A stretch of 64,000 nt of DNA from Spirochaetia bacterium (GCA_963675665.1 OY776510.1:160001-224000), one strand, 5' to 3'. Shown: positions 47,317 through 59,393, counted from the stretch's first letter. Notes: generated by a model from the sequence alone, not told the origin. A program made the numbers and translations.

Positions 47317-47454
47317 ATGAAAAAAAGAATTTTTCCTTTAATCCTGTTCCCGACAGTCGCATTGCCCGCATTAGCAAACCGGAACCCCGCGCTGAGCGTG
47401 CTTGATTTCAGGGGCAGCGGAATGTCAGAGTCGGAGGTTTATATCAGTTTATAA
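47317..47454 (+). pseudogene. 45-codon remnant of a secreted CsgG/FlgO-like protein gene
   Basis: Signal peptide then ALSVLDFRGSGMSESE, ending abruptly; intact TTGACA-N17-TATCAT promoter 6 nt upstream. Confidence 0.45.
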
Positions 47455-47743
47455 CCGTAATCTTCTTAATCCCGTCCGGAACAGCATAGATGCCGAGCAT
47501 TTTTTTCATATCGTCAACTGTTTTCATTCCGGCGCCGCTCAGTTTATTGTAGGCTTCAAGAACAGATTTCATTTCGGATTCATTGTTATCAAAAATTGCG
47601 GAGCAGAAAGCCGCCCTGAACAAACCTTTTTCCGTAAGTTGCGCGGTATTGAGATTTTTATTTTCCTTGCGGGCTTTACCGTCGACAATGGCCGCTTCGC
47701 CCTGAAAACCGATTGAAAAAACAAATTCCTCTCTCGTCATCAC
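47444..47743 (-). CDS. hypothetical protein
   Basis: 99-aa ORF with SD-like GAGGGAG upstream. Confidence 0.6.
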   Translation of the reverse strand: MMTREEFVFSIGFQGEAAIVDGKARKENKNLNTAQLTEKGLFRAAFCSAIFDNNESEMKSVLEAYNKLSGAGMKTVDDMKKMLGIYAVPDGIKKITVIN

Positions 47744-47954
47744 CTGCTCCCTCTTTAAAAGATTCCTGCCGTGGACGCCAGGCAGGTAAAAATCATGGAC
47801 TTTTGGAAAAAGAAAACTGCAGCGCAGTTTTTAAATTTTCAAACTCCTTATTTTTTAAAATACAAGGATGTGTTTCAAAAAATAAACCCCACCCAAAACC
47901 GGGCAGGGCGTTAATTTCAATTCCCTAACGGGGTTATTTTAAGGGCGTTTTCCG

Positions 47955-48051
47955 ACGAAAACATCCAGAACTAACCACCATAGGTTATTTTTTTGGATGT
48001 TTCGATGCTTTGCATCGAAACTCCAGAAAGTAAACGGCTGAGCCGTTTACT

Positions 48052-48053
<2 letters not shown>
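47955..48053. terminator. cluster of stem-loops downstream of groEL
   Basis: AAAGTAAACGGCT/AGCCGTTTACTTT, GGA(T)GTTTCGATGC/GCATCGAAACTCC, and an alternative GAAAACATCCA..TAACC/GGTTA..TGGATGTTTC hairpin. Confidence 0.6.
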
Positions 48054-49695
<1,642 letters not shown>

Positions 49696-49935
49696 TTATT
49701 AATACCTCTCTTGTTTAGTATAAGCGCAGGGCGCGGTTGTAAACCACCGCGTTAAAATTAAGACCCCACTAACCCCCTCATTATTTACGGAGGTTCATGT
49801 TTATTGTTGATTTTCTGGTACTAAGATACAAATTTTATTTCCAATCATCAACAGAAAAATAAAAAATCTTTCCATAGTCTTTCAATTCTCTACAGCGCTT
49901 GACTTTATACCCTTTTCAGTGCAAAAAGTATAGCT

Positions 49936-50832
49936 GTGATTGATAAAATGCCTGTGAAAATCATGCAATTACTGAAATTTCCCGCAGTAAACCGAAGCAA
50001 TTGGGCAGGTTCGGTATATTCAGCGGAAGAAAAACCTGATATTGCTGACTTTCCCGCCGGACGAAAACCCTCAAACGGCGCAGTTCAGGTAAAAGAAAGA
50101 AACCTGACATCAAATATGACCGGACAGATCACCTTGACCGGGGCGTCCCTTGATCTTCATTTCAATAAGGGATCTCTCAGAAGAATAAACAGCAACGGAA
50201 CAATTCTGTTTGACAAACTGAACAGCCGGACCCGCTTTGCGACATCTTCCGGCAATATAAAATTCAGAAATGAAAGCGCTTTTGCTTTTGAAGACAACAG
50301 GGAATACGGTCTCAGGACGCTTCAGATTCCTGAAAATAAAAAAATCCGTGAGTACAGGCTTATTACGGATTTTATTCAGAACCGTGAATCAAATGAATTA
50401 TTTTTAACCTTCGCCGTAAATTATCCCGAATTTGAGAAAAATACGATAATATTCGAATCAGCGGTCTGTGAATTAAAGATTCCGTTCAAATCCGAGTCGG
50501 GCGTGGAAATAATATCTGACAGCCAATCCTCCGGAAACCTTTTAATAAAGGACGATCCGGATGATAATATTTTCATTCCCGGAAGGTCATTCACAATAAA
50601 AACATCATGCGGGAATCTTTCAATCGTCTATACTGATCCGTCTGAACTGCCGGAATTATATGATTCTGAAAACTTCTCAACTATCTCAGGCTTGTCTGTA
50701 AAGAACAGAACACAAAAAGGGAAACATGTACTTTATATAAATCCGGGCGGCAGTTATACCCCCGCTCCGGCGGAGTATTACAGCGGAATAAGCGAAAAAT
50801 TCAGTTTTAAACTTGATGTAACGTCCGGTTAA
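49936..50832 (+). CDS. hypothetical protein
   Basis: 298-aa ORF divergent from groEL; no motif recognised; start uncertain. Confidence 0.55.
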   Translation: MIDKMPVKIMQLLKFPAVNRSNWAGSVYSAEEKPDIADFPAGRKPSNGAVQVKERNLTSNMTGQITLTGASLDLHFNKGSLRRINSNGTILFDKLNSRTRFATSSGNIKFRNESAFAFEDNREYGLRTLQIPENKKIREYRLITDFIQNRESNELFLTFAVNYPEFEKNTIIFESAVCELKIPFKSESGVEIISDSQSSGNLLIKDDPDDNIFIPGRSFTIKTSCGNLSIVYTDPSELPELYDSENFSTISGLSVKNRTQKGKHVLYINPGGSYTPAPAEYYSGISEKFSFKLDVTSG

Positions 50833-50840
50833 AACGGCTT

Positions 50841-51647
50841 CTAAACAAGAAATTCTCCGTTATTAACGGAAACCCGGCCCTCAGATGTCTCGATAAGCAA
50901 CGCCCCGCTCTGATCTATTCCCGCCAGCCGTCCTTCAATAATATCATTCCGAAGCTCCAGCTCTTCAGGCAAACCCCTTTTCATCCTGACTGTTTCATTA
51001 CGGCAGTACAGGCGTCGCTCTATTTCGTTTCGCCATCCGCTGCTCTTCAGGGCGGCTTCAAGATGCTTCAGTACCGAAAGGAGCACTACCGGGCCGCTTA
51101 TTATGCCGCCTCCAATCATCCGCAATGAAGCCGCAGGACGGCGCAGGTCGTCGGCAAAACCGGTCTGGTTCAGATTTACTCCAATTCCGGCATAAACATG
51201 ACTTCCCGAAGCTTCACACAGAATCCCGCAGATCTTTCGGCTGTTCAATAAAACATCATTAGGCCATTTGATACGTATATCATCAGCATTTCCGCCGGAA
51301 TTCAAAGCGTACCGCTCGATAGTTTCAGCCGCGGCAAGGCCGCATAACAGGGGCAGCAGAGTAAAAGGTTTGCCGCTCATCCGCACAGACAAGTCATCTT
51401 TTGTGAATATGATCGTAAAAAGCAGTCCGTCGCCCGGGTTCTCAATCCAGCGCCGGCCGGTGATTCTTCCCCTGCCGGCAGTCTGATGATCGGCCCATAC
51501 AACCGTTCCGGACGCCGTGCCGGGTTTTGGGTCCTTTCCGGCGGACTCTATCAGCCGCCTGGCCTCAGCCATGGTCGAATCAATACTCTGATAATGGTAA
51601 ACTCCGGCACCCTCGCCGAAAGGGTTCCGTATTTTATAATTCAGCAT
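50841..51647 (-). CDS. birA: biotin--[acetyl-CoA-carboxylase] ligase (no HTH domain)
   Basis: IDST, QTAGRGR, IKWPNDV, KICGILCE, GIGVN motifs. Confidence 0.93.
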   Translation of the reverse strand: MLNYKIRNPFGEGAGVYHYQSIDSTMAEARRLIESAGKDPKPGTASGTVVWADHQTAGRGRITGRRWIENPGDGLLFTIIFTKDDLSVRMSGKPFTLLPLLCGLAAAETIERYALNSGGNADDIRIKWPNDVLLNSRKICGILCEASGSHVYAGIGVNLNQTGFADDLRRPAASLRMIGGGIISGPVVLLSVLKHLEAALKSSGWRNEIERRLYCRNETVRMKRGLPEELELRNDIIEGRLAGIDQSGALLIETSEGRVSVNNGEFLV

Positions 51648-52758
51648 CAGCCGGCCTGCTTATGATACCCCCGCCGATAACGATATCGCCGTCGTAGAAA
51701 ACCGCCGACTGGCCCGGGGTGGCTGTTGCCGCCCGATCCATTTCAACAGACAATAACCCTTGATCAGCCCCGGCGGTAACGCGACAATCATATTCCGTTG
51801 AGTTGTACCGAACCTGGACTCTGCATTCCAGTGTTCCGGCCGGTCCGGTAAAAGGTTTATCGATAAACCAGTTGGGATCTTTGACAAAAAAGCTCTTAAC
51901 TCCAAGCTGCTGTCTTCGGCCAACGTGCACAATATTTTTTTTGGCATCTACCTGCGTTACGTACCACGGTCCGTTTCCAAGACCAAGCCCTTTTCGCTGC
52001 CCTATCGTATAATGTAGAAAACCGCGGGACGGCCCGAGAAAATTACCTTCCATATCAAAGATTTTTCCCGGTTTGTCATAACGATTCAGGGCTTCGGGAG
52101 TCAGGTGTCGTTTAAGAAAAGAGATATAATCATCATCAATAAAACAGATATCCTGGCTTTCTTTTATCGCAGTTCCGAAAAATCCGTGTTCGTCCGCAAT
52201 ATTTTTTATATGTTCTTTTGTGTATGATCCCAGAGGGAAAATACAGTTATTAAGGACCCCGGAAGGGATCCTGTAAAGCATATATGACTGGTCTTTCGAC
52301 GAGTCCACGGCTTTTTTAAGAAAAACCCTGCCGTCGCGCTCTTCCGTCTGCACATAATGACCGGTGCAGAATCTGAATTCCACCGGACAGAAACCCGGCA
52401 TTGCCGAGGCTGCGTTGAAACACCGGTTATAGAACTCATTGAACCTTATACGTTCATTGCACCGTATACAGGGATTGGGGGTCTCTCCGTGCGTATAGTT
52501 TTCAGCGAAATCGTTCATCACCGAGGCCCTGAAAGAACTGCCTAGATCAATAACATGATAAGGGATGTCCAGCGTTCTACAGACGGTCTCCGCCCGCTCC
52601 TGCAGCCCCGGGCTTGAAAGTCTCAACTCATCCCACCAATGAGTAACGCCTATAAGCCGGTTATCAGGATATAATCCGGCGAAATGGGGATCGTTCTTAA
52701 GAAGCCAGGCGGCGGCGCTTGAATCGACGCCTCCGCTCATCGCGATAGCAGTAATCAT
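51634..52758 (-). CDS. mnmA: tRNA 2-thiouridine(34) synthase
   Basis: AMSGGVDSS, TPNPCIRCN, TGHY, KDQSY, ESQDICF, YTIGQRKGLG, TPGQ motifs. Confidence 0.96.
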   Translation of the reverse strand: MITAIAMSGGVDSSAAAWLLKNDPHFAGLYPDNRLIGVTHWWDELRLSSPGLQERAETVCRTLDIPYHVIDLGSSFRASVMNDFAENYTHGETPNPCIRCNERIRFNEFYNRCFNAASAMPGFCPVEFRFCTGHYVQTEERDGRVFLKKAVDSSKDQSYMLYRIPSGVLNNCIFPLGSYTKEHIKNIADEHGFFGTAIKESQDICFIDDDYISFLKRHLTPEALNRYDKPGKIFDMEGNFLGPSRGFLHYTIGQRKGLGLGNGPWYVTQVDAKKNIVHVGRRQQLGVKSFFVKDPNWFIDKPFTGPAGTLECRVQVRYNSTEYDCRVTAGADQGLLSVEMDRAATATPGQSAVFYDGDIVIGGGIISRPADAEL

Positions 52759-52806
52759 GATTGAATTATATTAAATACCATAAGGAAAATAAAGACGAAG
52801 CATCAA

Positions 52807-52840
52807 CAAAGAACAGCCCCGTTAGTGCTGAACGGGGCTG
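52807..52840 (-). terminator. intrinsic terminator of the ABC operon
   Basis: CAGCCCCGTT-loop-AACGGGGCTG followed by TTCTTT on the minus strand. Confidence 0.7.
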
Positions 52841-52930
52841 CTCATAGAGATTTATATAAAACAAAACATCTTCATCTGCTGTTGGAAGGAATCAAGAGGC
52901 TTTGTTTCATTTTCTTTTACGCATTAATGC

Positions 52931-53893
52931 TTAGACTTTTTCCCTTTTTCGTTTAATTGAGTACAATTCCATACCAATAATTATTACTATTAATGCACCC
53001 ATAATTGTCTGTTGCGTATATGAACCAAGCGCTAACAGATTCATTGAGTTTTCTATAACATTGAATAAAATTATTCCAACAACAGACGGCAGAATACCTC
53101 CGACTCCGCCGGCAAATGATGTGCCGCCTATTACAACACTGGCATTCACAATATATGCAGTTGTGTCTCCATATATGGCGGAAGCTGAAAAGAATCGTGC
53201 CGAAAGCATGATTCCGCCCAATGCTGCCGTCATACCGCTGATAACAAATGCTATCCATTTCTGTCTCACAGCATTTATTCCCGAATATACAGCAACATCA
53301 TAATCACCGCCGATAGCATATAAATTACGTCCATAGGAAGTCCGGGTCATTAACAAATGGAAGAGAACTACAAGTATAATCGTAATAATTACTACATAAG
53401 GTATTCCAAAAACCTCTGCCTGTCCAAATTCCATTAAAGCCATATCCCGGCCTCCTATGGCTCTTCCGTTTGTTAATTGGAGATTAACTCCCTTTAGTAA
53501 CAAACCCATACCCAAAGTTATAATGAACGGCTCGGTTTTTTGGTGGACCGACAAAAACCCGTTTATAAACCCGATAGCGCCTCCGACTGCAACAGCAATA
53601 ATTCCCGCTGCCCATGTAGGCATAGAAGGATACAGCCCGATTGTGATAACACCTGCAAGACACATCACCCCGCCGATAGAAAGGTCACAGGCTGCCGCGA
53701 TAACAGTCAAGGTTACACCAAGCGCCAATATTGTATACGCTACAGACTGGTTCAATAAACCAAGTATATTTTCTGCTGTAAAGAAATTCGGTGTGGCAAT
53801 TGACATACCGACACTCAATACAACCAATGCCATAAAAGCTTTATTTCTGACAAGTTTATTTATTTCTCTTGATAATATTCCGCTGTAATTCAT
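52931..53893 (-). CDS. sugar ABC transporter permease
   Basis: DLSIG, PFIITLG, YAIGG, VVIGGTSFAGGVG motifs. Confidence 0.92.
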   Translation of the reverse strand: MNYSGILSREINKLVRNKAFMALVVLSVGMSIATPNFFTAENILGLLNQSVAYTILALGVTLTVIAAACDLSIGGVMCLAGVITIGLYPSMPTWAAGIIAVAVGGAIGFINGFLSVHQKTEPFIITLGMGLLLKGVNLQLTNGRAIGGRDMALMEFGQAEVFGIPYVVIITIILVVLFHLLMTRTSYGRNLYAIGGDYDVAVYSGINAVRQKWIAFVISGMTAALGGIMLSARFFSASAIYGDTTAYIVNASVVIGGTSFAGGVGGILPSVVGIILFNVIENSMNLLALGSYTQQTIMGALIVIIIGMELYSIKRKREKV

Positions 53894-53901
53894 ATCTACT
53901 C

Positions 53902-54882
53902 CTACTTTCTGCGGTAATCAAGCCATATGGCGATTACTAATATTGCGCCTTTCGCAACACCCTGCATATTCACAGGAACACCCATCAGATTTAATGCATT
54001 GGCCATTATTGTAACAAGAAGAACACCAATTGTTGTTCGAATAACACTTCCAAGACCGCCTTTCAGTCTTGTTCCGCCTATTACAACAGATAAAATGGAA
54101 TTCATCTCGTATCCTTTCCCGACAACCGGAGCAGCAGTAGTTGTACGGGAAAAAGCAATAATCGAACCGATAGCTACAGTAAATCCGAGTATCATAAAAA
54201 CGAGAATAGTAACCTTACCGGAGGAAATTCCGCAAAGTCGTGCTGCATCCCTGTTACCTCCGACCAATCTGATTTCTCTGCCTGTTCTTGTTTTCATTAA
54301 TAGAATATGAGCCAAAAACATCACTATTAAAAAAATAAAGAACGACACCGGCAAAAAGAATATCTCACCTTTTCCTATAAATGAAATAATTGCTGAATGT
54401 TCAGGCAGACGAATCGTCGTACCCTTACTCCAGATTAAAGCCATGGCATAAAAAAAGGTACTCATGCCAAAAGTAACAAACACAGCATCGGCATCGCTTC
54501 TTGCCCCGATAAAGGTTAAAATTATCCCGTCAACCAATCCGCAAAGCATACCCATCCCAATACCAAGAATCAGTGCGGGCACCTCTCCAAAGACAGGAAT
54601 AAGGGAAATTGTGAACACGGACACAAACGAAAACATTCCGACAATAGACAAGTCGATCAATCCTGCGATTATAACAAATGTCATTCCAATCGCTGTAAGG
54701 CTCAATGCTCCAAATTGACGCATTATATTCTGCATATTTCTCCCGGTCAGAAATGCCGGTTCCATAATAGCAGCATATATTGCAAGAATAATCAGCATGA
54801 TGATAATCACATATGGATTCAACCTGGCCCAAATATCAGTCCAGTTAACTTTTCGATTTATAGTTGCTGTTTGTACATTCAT
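53902..54882 (-). CDS. sugar ABC transporter permease
   Basis: IDLSI, VGGNRDAARLCGI, GYEMNSILSVVIGGTRLKGG motifs. Confidence 0.92.
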   Translation of the reverse strand: MNVQTATINRKVNWTDIWARLNPYVIIIMLIILAIYAAIMEPAFLTGRNMQNIMRQFGALSLTAIGMTFVIIAGLIDLSIVGMFSFVSVFTISLIPVFGEVPALILGIGMGMLCGLVDGIILTFIGARSDADAVFVTFGMSTFFYAMALIWSKGTTIRLPEHSAIISFIGKGEIFFLPVSFFIFLIVMFLAHILLMKTRTGREIRLVGGNRDAARLCGISSGKVTILVFMILGFTVAIGSIIAFSRTTTAAPVVGKGYEMNSILSVVIGGTRLKGGLGSVIRTTIGVLLVTIMANALNLMGVPVNMQGVAKGAILVIAIWLDYRRK

Positions 54883-54897
54883 TCTCTTCCGTTCCCC

Positions 54898-56376
54898 CTA
54901 ACCTATTGCCTTATCCATGATTTCATTAGCCTCGGCGGTTGTCGGATCAAACTCTCCGGTAATACGTCCCTCGCTAATTGTAATTACCCTGTTACTCATG
55001 TTCAGCACCTCGGGCAATTCGGAAGAAATGAAAATGATGGAACCGCCAGCTTCGGCCACCTGCTTCATAAGCAGATAAATTTCATATTTAGCTCCAACAT
55101 CAATTCCCCGGGTCGGTTCGTCCATCAGAAGTATCATTGAATTTTTTTCCAGCCAACGACCTACTATTACTTTCTGCTGGTTTCCTCCGGACAAATTAAC
55201 AACTTTGAACAGTCGGCTGGGTGTTTTTATCTTCAGATTTTCAATTTGTCTATCGGCCATATTTTGTTCTAGTTTTTTATTTAAAAACCCGTTCTTTTCT
55301 ATTTTCTCAAAACAACCCATGGAAATATTACTCTCTACCGAGAACTTGAGAACTAATCCCTCTTCCTTACGATCTTCGGATATAAAACCCATTCCGGCTT
55401 TAATCCCATCCTTCGGAGTTCGCAATTTTACGAAATTATTATTAACTTTTATTTCACTTCCGGCAACTTTGTCTGCCCCAAAAATAGCTCTGACAATTTC
55501 TGTTCGTCCTGAACCCACCAGACCAACAAGGCCTAGAATTTCACCTTTCCGTAACTCAAATGAGATATCTTTAAGCTTTGTCGTGCAAAGATTTGATACT
55601 GTCATAACCGTATCGCCGATATTACATGCTCTTTCCGGATATTCCTGATCAATGGAACGCCCAATCATTTTCGCAATCATCTCTTCACGCGTGATTTCCG
55701 AAACAGGCTTGGTGTCAATCAGCTTTCCGTCACGCATAACAGTAACCGTATTGCACAGTTCAAATATCTCATCAAGTTTGTGGCTGATATACAGCAACGT
55801 AATCCCTTTATCCCGCAGGTCGTGAATAATCTTTTTTAATCGCATCATTTCACCCACAGTAAGACTGCTGCTTGGTTCATCCATGATAATCAACTTTGAA
55901 TTAAACGAAAGGGCCTTTGCTATTTCGATCATCTGTTTTTCAGAGACACTTAAATCATTCACCATGGTATGTGTATCAATTGTACTTCCGATACTGTCAA
56001 GGAGTTTTCTGGCTTTATCATGAGTCCCTTTCATCCCGCCGACATCCTTGAACCGGCCGAGAAAAATATTCTCTCCCACAGTCATGGTCTTAACGAGATT
56101 AAATTCCTGATATATTATGCTTAATCCAAGATGCAACGATTGTATTGGGGTTATATGATTTATTATTTTCCCGTCAAATAAAAAGTCTCCAGAATCAGGC
56201 GCATAAACACCAGACAAAATTTTCATCAAAGTGGATTTTCCCGCTCCATTTTCTCCAACTATGCCGTGAACTTCTCCCTTTTTAACCTTAAGGGAAATTT
56301 CGTCGAGGGCTTTTACACCCGGGAAAGTTTTTGTTATACAATTTATAGATAAAATGGTTTCATCCCGTGTATCCAT
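54898..56376 (-). CDS. sugar (CUT2) ABC transporter ATP-binding protein
   Basis: GENGAGKST, MDEPS, LSGGNQQKV, DEPTRGIDVGAK motifs. Confidence 0.94.
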   Translation of the reverse strand: MDTRDETILSINCITKTFPGVKALDEISLKVKKGEVHGIVGENGAGKSTLMKILSGVYAPDSGDFLFDGKIINHITPIQSLHLGLSIIYQEFNLVKTMTVGENIFLGRFKDVGGMKGTHDKARKLLDSIGSTIDTHTMVNDLSVSEKQMIEIAKALSFNSKLIIMDEPSSSLTVGEMMRLKKIIHDLRDKGITLLYISHKLDEIFELCNTVTVMRDGKLIDTKPVSEITREEMIAKMIGRSIDQEYPERACNIGDTVMTVSNLCTTKLKDISFELRKGEILGLVGLVGSGRTEIVRAIFGADKVAGSEIKVNNNFVKLRTPKDGIKAGMGFISEDRKEEGLVLKFSVESNISMGCFEKIEKNGFLNKKLEQNMADRQIENLKIKTPSRLFKVVNLSGGNQQKVIVGRWLEKNSMILLMDEPTRGIDVGAKYEIYLLMKQVAEAGGSIIFISSELPEVLNMSNRVITISEGRITGEFDPTTAEANEIMDKAIG

Positions 56377-56413
56377 TTCAAACACCCCAAATTCTTTTTA
56401 TAGTATTTCATTG

Positions 56414-56451
56414 ATAAGATCCCCGCTCTTTTTCAGCAGCGGGGATCTTAT
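56414..56451. terminator. stem-loop between the binding-protein and ATPase genes
   Basis: ATAAGATCCCCGCT...AGCGGGGATCTTAT, perfect 14-bp stem. Confidence 0.7.
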
Positions 56452-56473
56452 TTTTTATTATTTTTGTTCTAAT

Positions 56474-57442
56474 CTACCAGCCCGGATCGAAATCCGCATT
56501 CTCTTTTGTAATTGTTGTCCATGGAACAAAATTTATCGGCTCAACAGATTTACCTTCCAGAACGTCATACGCCCCCTGAACAGCTTTAAAAGACTGACCA
56601 GCCATATCCTGATAAATTGTACTGGCAATACGGCCTTCATTTACAAGCTTGAAACCTTCGCGGCAACCATCAACACTAACGATGAAAATACCATCCATGC
56701 CGGCAGCTTCAATGGCCTGAACAATTGCAGTAGAACCGTTATCCCAGTGAGAATATACATACTGGATTTCATCGCCGAATTTCGTAATAAAATCCTCCAT
56801 GTTAATTAATGCTTTAGCAGGATCCCAGCCTTCGCATGCCTGTTTTCCGAGCAATTCAATGTTCGTACCCTTAATAGTTTCTTCAAAACCGGTTTCACGT
56901 TTAACCATTGGATCTTCTCCGGGGCCGCCCATGATCATTACCCCTTTTGCACCATCAGGAAAGGCTTCCATAATTGCTTTCGCAGCACGTTCTCCTGCTT
57001 CAAGGTCATCCGGTCCGGCAAAAAGGTCACGATACTGCTGCCCCATTGGTGCTATATCTCCGCCGAACAAGGCAATAGCAACACCTGCATCATGCGCTTT
57101 CTTAAGCGCAGGAATCAAAGCTTCTCTATCCAGTGCCTGCATAATAATTGCATCACAACCGGAAGCTACTGCATCATTAACCATGTTTGCCTGACGCTGA
57201 ACATCTCCCGACGGATCAAAAACAACCATTTTTACGCCGAGTTCTTCTGCTTTGGTTTGAGCATTTTTCATAAACCACTGCATAGACTCATCAACATTTG
57301 ATGTTCCAATCCAGGCAAATTTGTAAGCCCCGGCTTCATCTGAAGCATCATTCTCCTGAGCACCGTTCGCACAAACTGTACCGGCAACGCCAACCAGCAG
57401 TACTAAAAGAACTACTGTCATCAATTGAATCTTCTTTTTCAT
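56474..57442 (-). CDS. sugar ABC transporter substrate-binding protein
   Basis: Signal peptide then ANGAQE; periplasmic binding protein type I pattern (VSVDG, STIYQD); SD GGAGG. Confidence 0.92.
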   Translation of the reverse strand: MKKKIQLMTVVLLVLLVGVAGTVCANGAQENDASDEAGAYKFAWIGTSNVDESMQWFMKNAQTKAEELGVKMVVFDPSGDVQRQANMVNDAVASGCDAIIMQALDREALIPALKKAHDAGVAIALFGGDIAPMGQQYRDLFAGPDDLEAGERAAKAIMEAFPDGAKGVMIMGGPGEDPMVKRETGFEETIKGTNIELLGKQACEGWDPAKALINMEDFITKFGDEIQYVYSHWDNGSTAIVQAIEAAGMDGIFIVSVDGCREGFKLVNEGRIASTIYQDMAGQSFKAVQGAYDVLEGKSVEPINFVPWTTITKENADFDPGW

Positions 57443-57466
57443 TTTTTGAACCTCCATTTGTTCTTG

Positions 57467-57512
57467 ATATACTAATATATTTTCATACTAATATATTACA
57501 ACGATTTGTCAA
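57467..57512 (-). promoter_or_regulatory. promoter/operator of the ABC operon
   Basis: TTGACA-N16-TAGTAT overlapped by ATACTAATATATT in two direct copies (57469-57481, 57485-57497). Confidence 0.7.
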
Positions 57513-57568
57513 GCTTTTTCTGCTTTTTTATTTGTGCTTAACCTATATAAAAAGAAACCACAAAAAAA

Positions 57569-58357
57569 TTAATTCATCTCCTGTCCACCGGAAACATTTA
57601 CGGCCTGGCCGGTCATATAATCAGCATATTCGGATGCCAGAACAACAAACACTGCTGCTATTTCCTGCGGTGTAGCCAATTTCTTCATGGGTACTGAGTC
57701 TGTCCATTCCTGCTTAATTACGGCAGCAGGACGTCCTGTTTTTTCCGAAACGATTTCAGCTTCCATATCCGTCATGTCAGTATCAACTGAACCCGGACAT
57801 ACAGCATTTACATGAATTCCGGTCTCTGCAAGCTCAAGCGCCATTGTTTTCGTAAGCATGATTACAGCAGCTTTTGTTGCACAGTAGTGACCCAACAGGG
57901 GGATTCCCTTCTTTCCTGCCTGAGATGCCGTGTTTATTATTCTTCCGTATCCCTGCTTTTTCATTTGTGGAACAACAGCTTTACAGCAGAGGAATACCCC
58001 TCGTGCATTAACAGCAAACATTTTTTCCCATTCGTCAAGAGTAATCTCATCGACTGTCTTCATTGAAGTTATTACTCCCGCGTTGTTACAGATTATATCG
58101 AGACGACCGAATTCTTTTACCACAGTATCAACCATTGCGTTAACCTGCGCTTCATTCGTAACGTCAACATTAACGGCTATACTGTTCAGTCCCATTGCCC
58201 GAATTTCAGAGGCCACCGATTCGGCTTTCGACATGTCCCCGATGTCGCATACGGCGACATTTGCGTTATGGGCTGCAAATTCCATGCATATCGCTTTTCC
58301 TATACCCCCGCTTCCGCCGGTTACTACCACTGTTTTTCCTGTAAAATCCATTTTCAT
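57569..58357 (-). CDS. SDR family NAD-dependent oxidoreductase (polyol/cyclitol dehydrogenase-like)
   Basis: TGGSGGIG, NNAG, ASQAG, YCATK, VCPG..DT motifs. Confidence 0.92.
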   Translation of the reverse strand: MKMDFTGKTVVVTGGSGGIGKAICMEFAAHNANVAVCDIGDMSKAESVASEIRAMGLNSIAVNVDVTNEAQVNAMVDTVVKEFGRLDIICNNAGVITSMKTVDEITLDEWEKMFAVNARGVFLCCKAVVPQMKKQGYGRIINTASQAGKKGIPLLGHYCATKAAVIMLTKTMALELAETGIHVNAVCPGSVDTDMTDMEAEIVSEKTGRPAAVIKQEWTDSVPMKKLATPQEIAAVFVVLASEYADYMTGQAVNVSGGQEMN

Positions 58358-58361
58358 CTGA

Positions 58362-59393
58362 TTATGCTCCCGTAACTTCAATAATAACTTTTATGCCTGC
58401 CCCTTTCATTGCGACATCGATCCCTTCCGCAGCCGATTCAAGGGGGAATACATGAGAAACCAGTTTTTCGATCGGGATCTTTTTATCCTCGATAAGTTTT
58501 ACTGCAAGCGGAAATGTTCCTTTTGCAATAAACTTGCCGTGAATATTGAACTCGCCGAAAACAACCGGCGCCTGGTTAAGTTTAACGTTTACTGCTTCGT
58601 TTATACCGAAAAGAACCACGTCGCCGCCTTTTTTTACTGTTTTTATTGCCTGATCAGAAAGAAATCCTACTGCATCGACTGCAATATCAGCTCCGATTCC
58701 GGTTTTTGCCTTTATTATCTTTCCAACATCTTCCGTCTCGGGATTCAGAACGAAATCCGCTCCCGCTTCAAGTGCAAACTGTCTTCTTTTTTCAGATATA
58801 TCTACAACAAAAACATCGGCACCGGAAGCCTTGTAGAGCATGGTAAATATCATCCCTATAGGACCTGCGCCGAAAACAACAACATTCTGTCCCGGATGCG
58901 CTTTTACCGAAGTAGTGGCGTTAAGCACGCATGCAAGAGGTTCGGCAAGGCAGGCGGTCTGCTCAGGAACATCAGCCTTAATCCGGTAAACAAGTTTTTC
59001 CGGAACATTCAGGTATTCCGCCATAGCACCGTCGCGACTGTCTCCTACATGCAGAAAGTTCTCACACAGATTAAGCCTACCCGTCCGGCAGTAGTAGCAC
59101 TTTCCGCACCACAGGTTCGGATGAACGACTACCTTGTCGCCTACGTTTACGTTTGTCACGTCACTTCCTGTTTCAACCACTATACCGCAGCATTCATGAC
59201 CTATAATTACCCCGGGTTTGAAATGAAACTTGGGCGGAACCGACAGCCCGCCGGTATCGGTCCCGCAAATACTCACAGTTTTTACCTGAATAAGAACTTC
59301 GTCGGAATTTTGAATTTCCGGAATATCTTTTTTTTCAACACTCAGAAGCCCTTCGCCTTTAAAAACTGCAGCCATCATCTGTCTTTTACTCAT
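58362..59393 (-). CDS. Zn-dependent (MDR) alcohol/polyol dehydrogenase
   Basis: ICGTD, GHE, CGKCYYCRTGRLNLC, EPLAC, GAGPIG motifs. Confidence 0.92.
   Translation of the reverse strand: MSKRQMMAAVFKGEGLLSVEKKDIPEIQNSDEVLIQVKTVSICGTDTGGLSVPPKFHFKPGVIIGHECCGIVVETGSDVTNVNVGDKVVVHPNLWCGKCYYCRTGRLNLCENFLHVGDSRDGAMAEYLNVPEKLVYRIKADVPEQTACLAEPLACVLNATTSVKAHPGQNVVVFGAGPIGMIFTMLYKASGADVFVVDISEKRRQFALEAGADFVLNPETEDVGKIIKAKTGIGADIAVDAVGFLSDQAIKTVKKGGDVVLFGINEAVNVKLNQAPVVFGEFNIHGKFIAKGTFPLAVKLIEDKKIPIEKLVSHVFPLESAAEGIDVAMKGAGIKVIIEVTGA

Noticed and set aside
47955-48030. Similarity of the groEL-downstream hairpins to the 1123-1272 element (tcgaaa..ctccaga, gatgttt..cgatgct)
   Set aside because: Only short gapped matches; insufficient to call a repeat family without a genome-wide search.
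49899-49925. Possible CIRCE near groEL (CAGTGCAAA half-site)
   Set aside because: The right arm matches 7/9 but the left arm only 4/9; no proper TTAGCACTC-N9-GAGTGCTAA.
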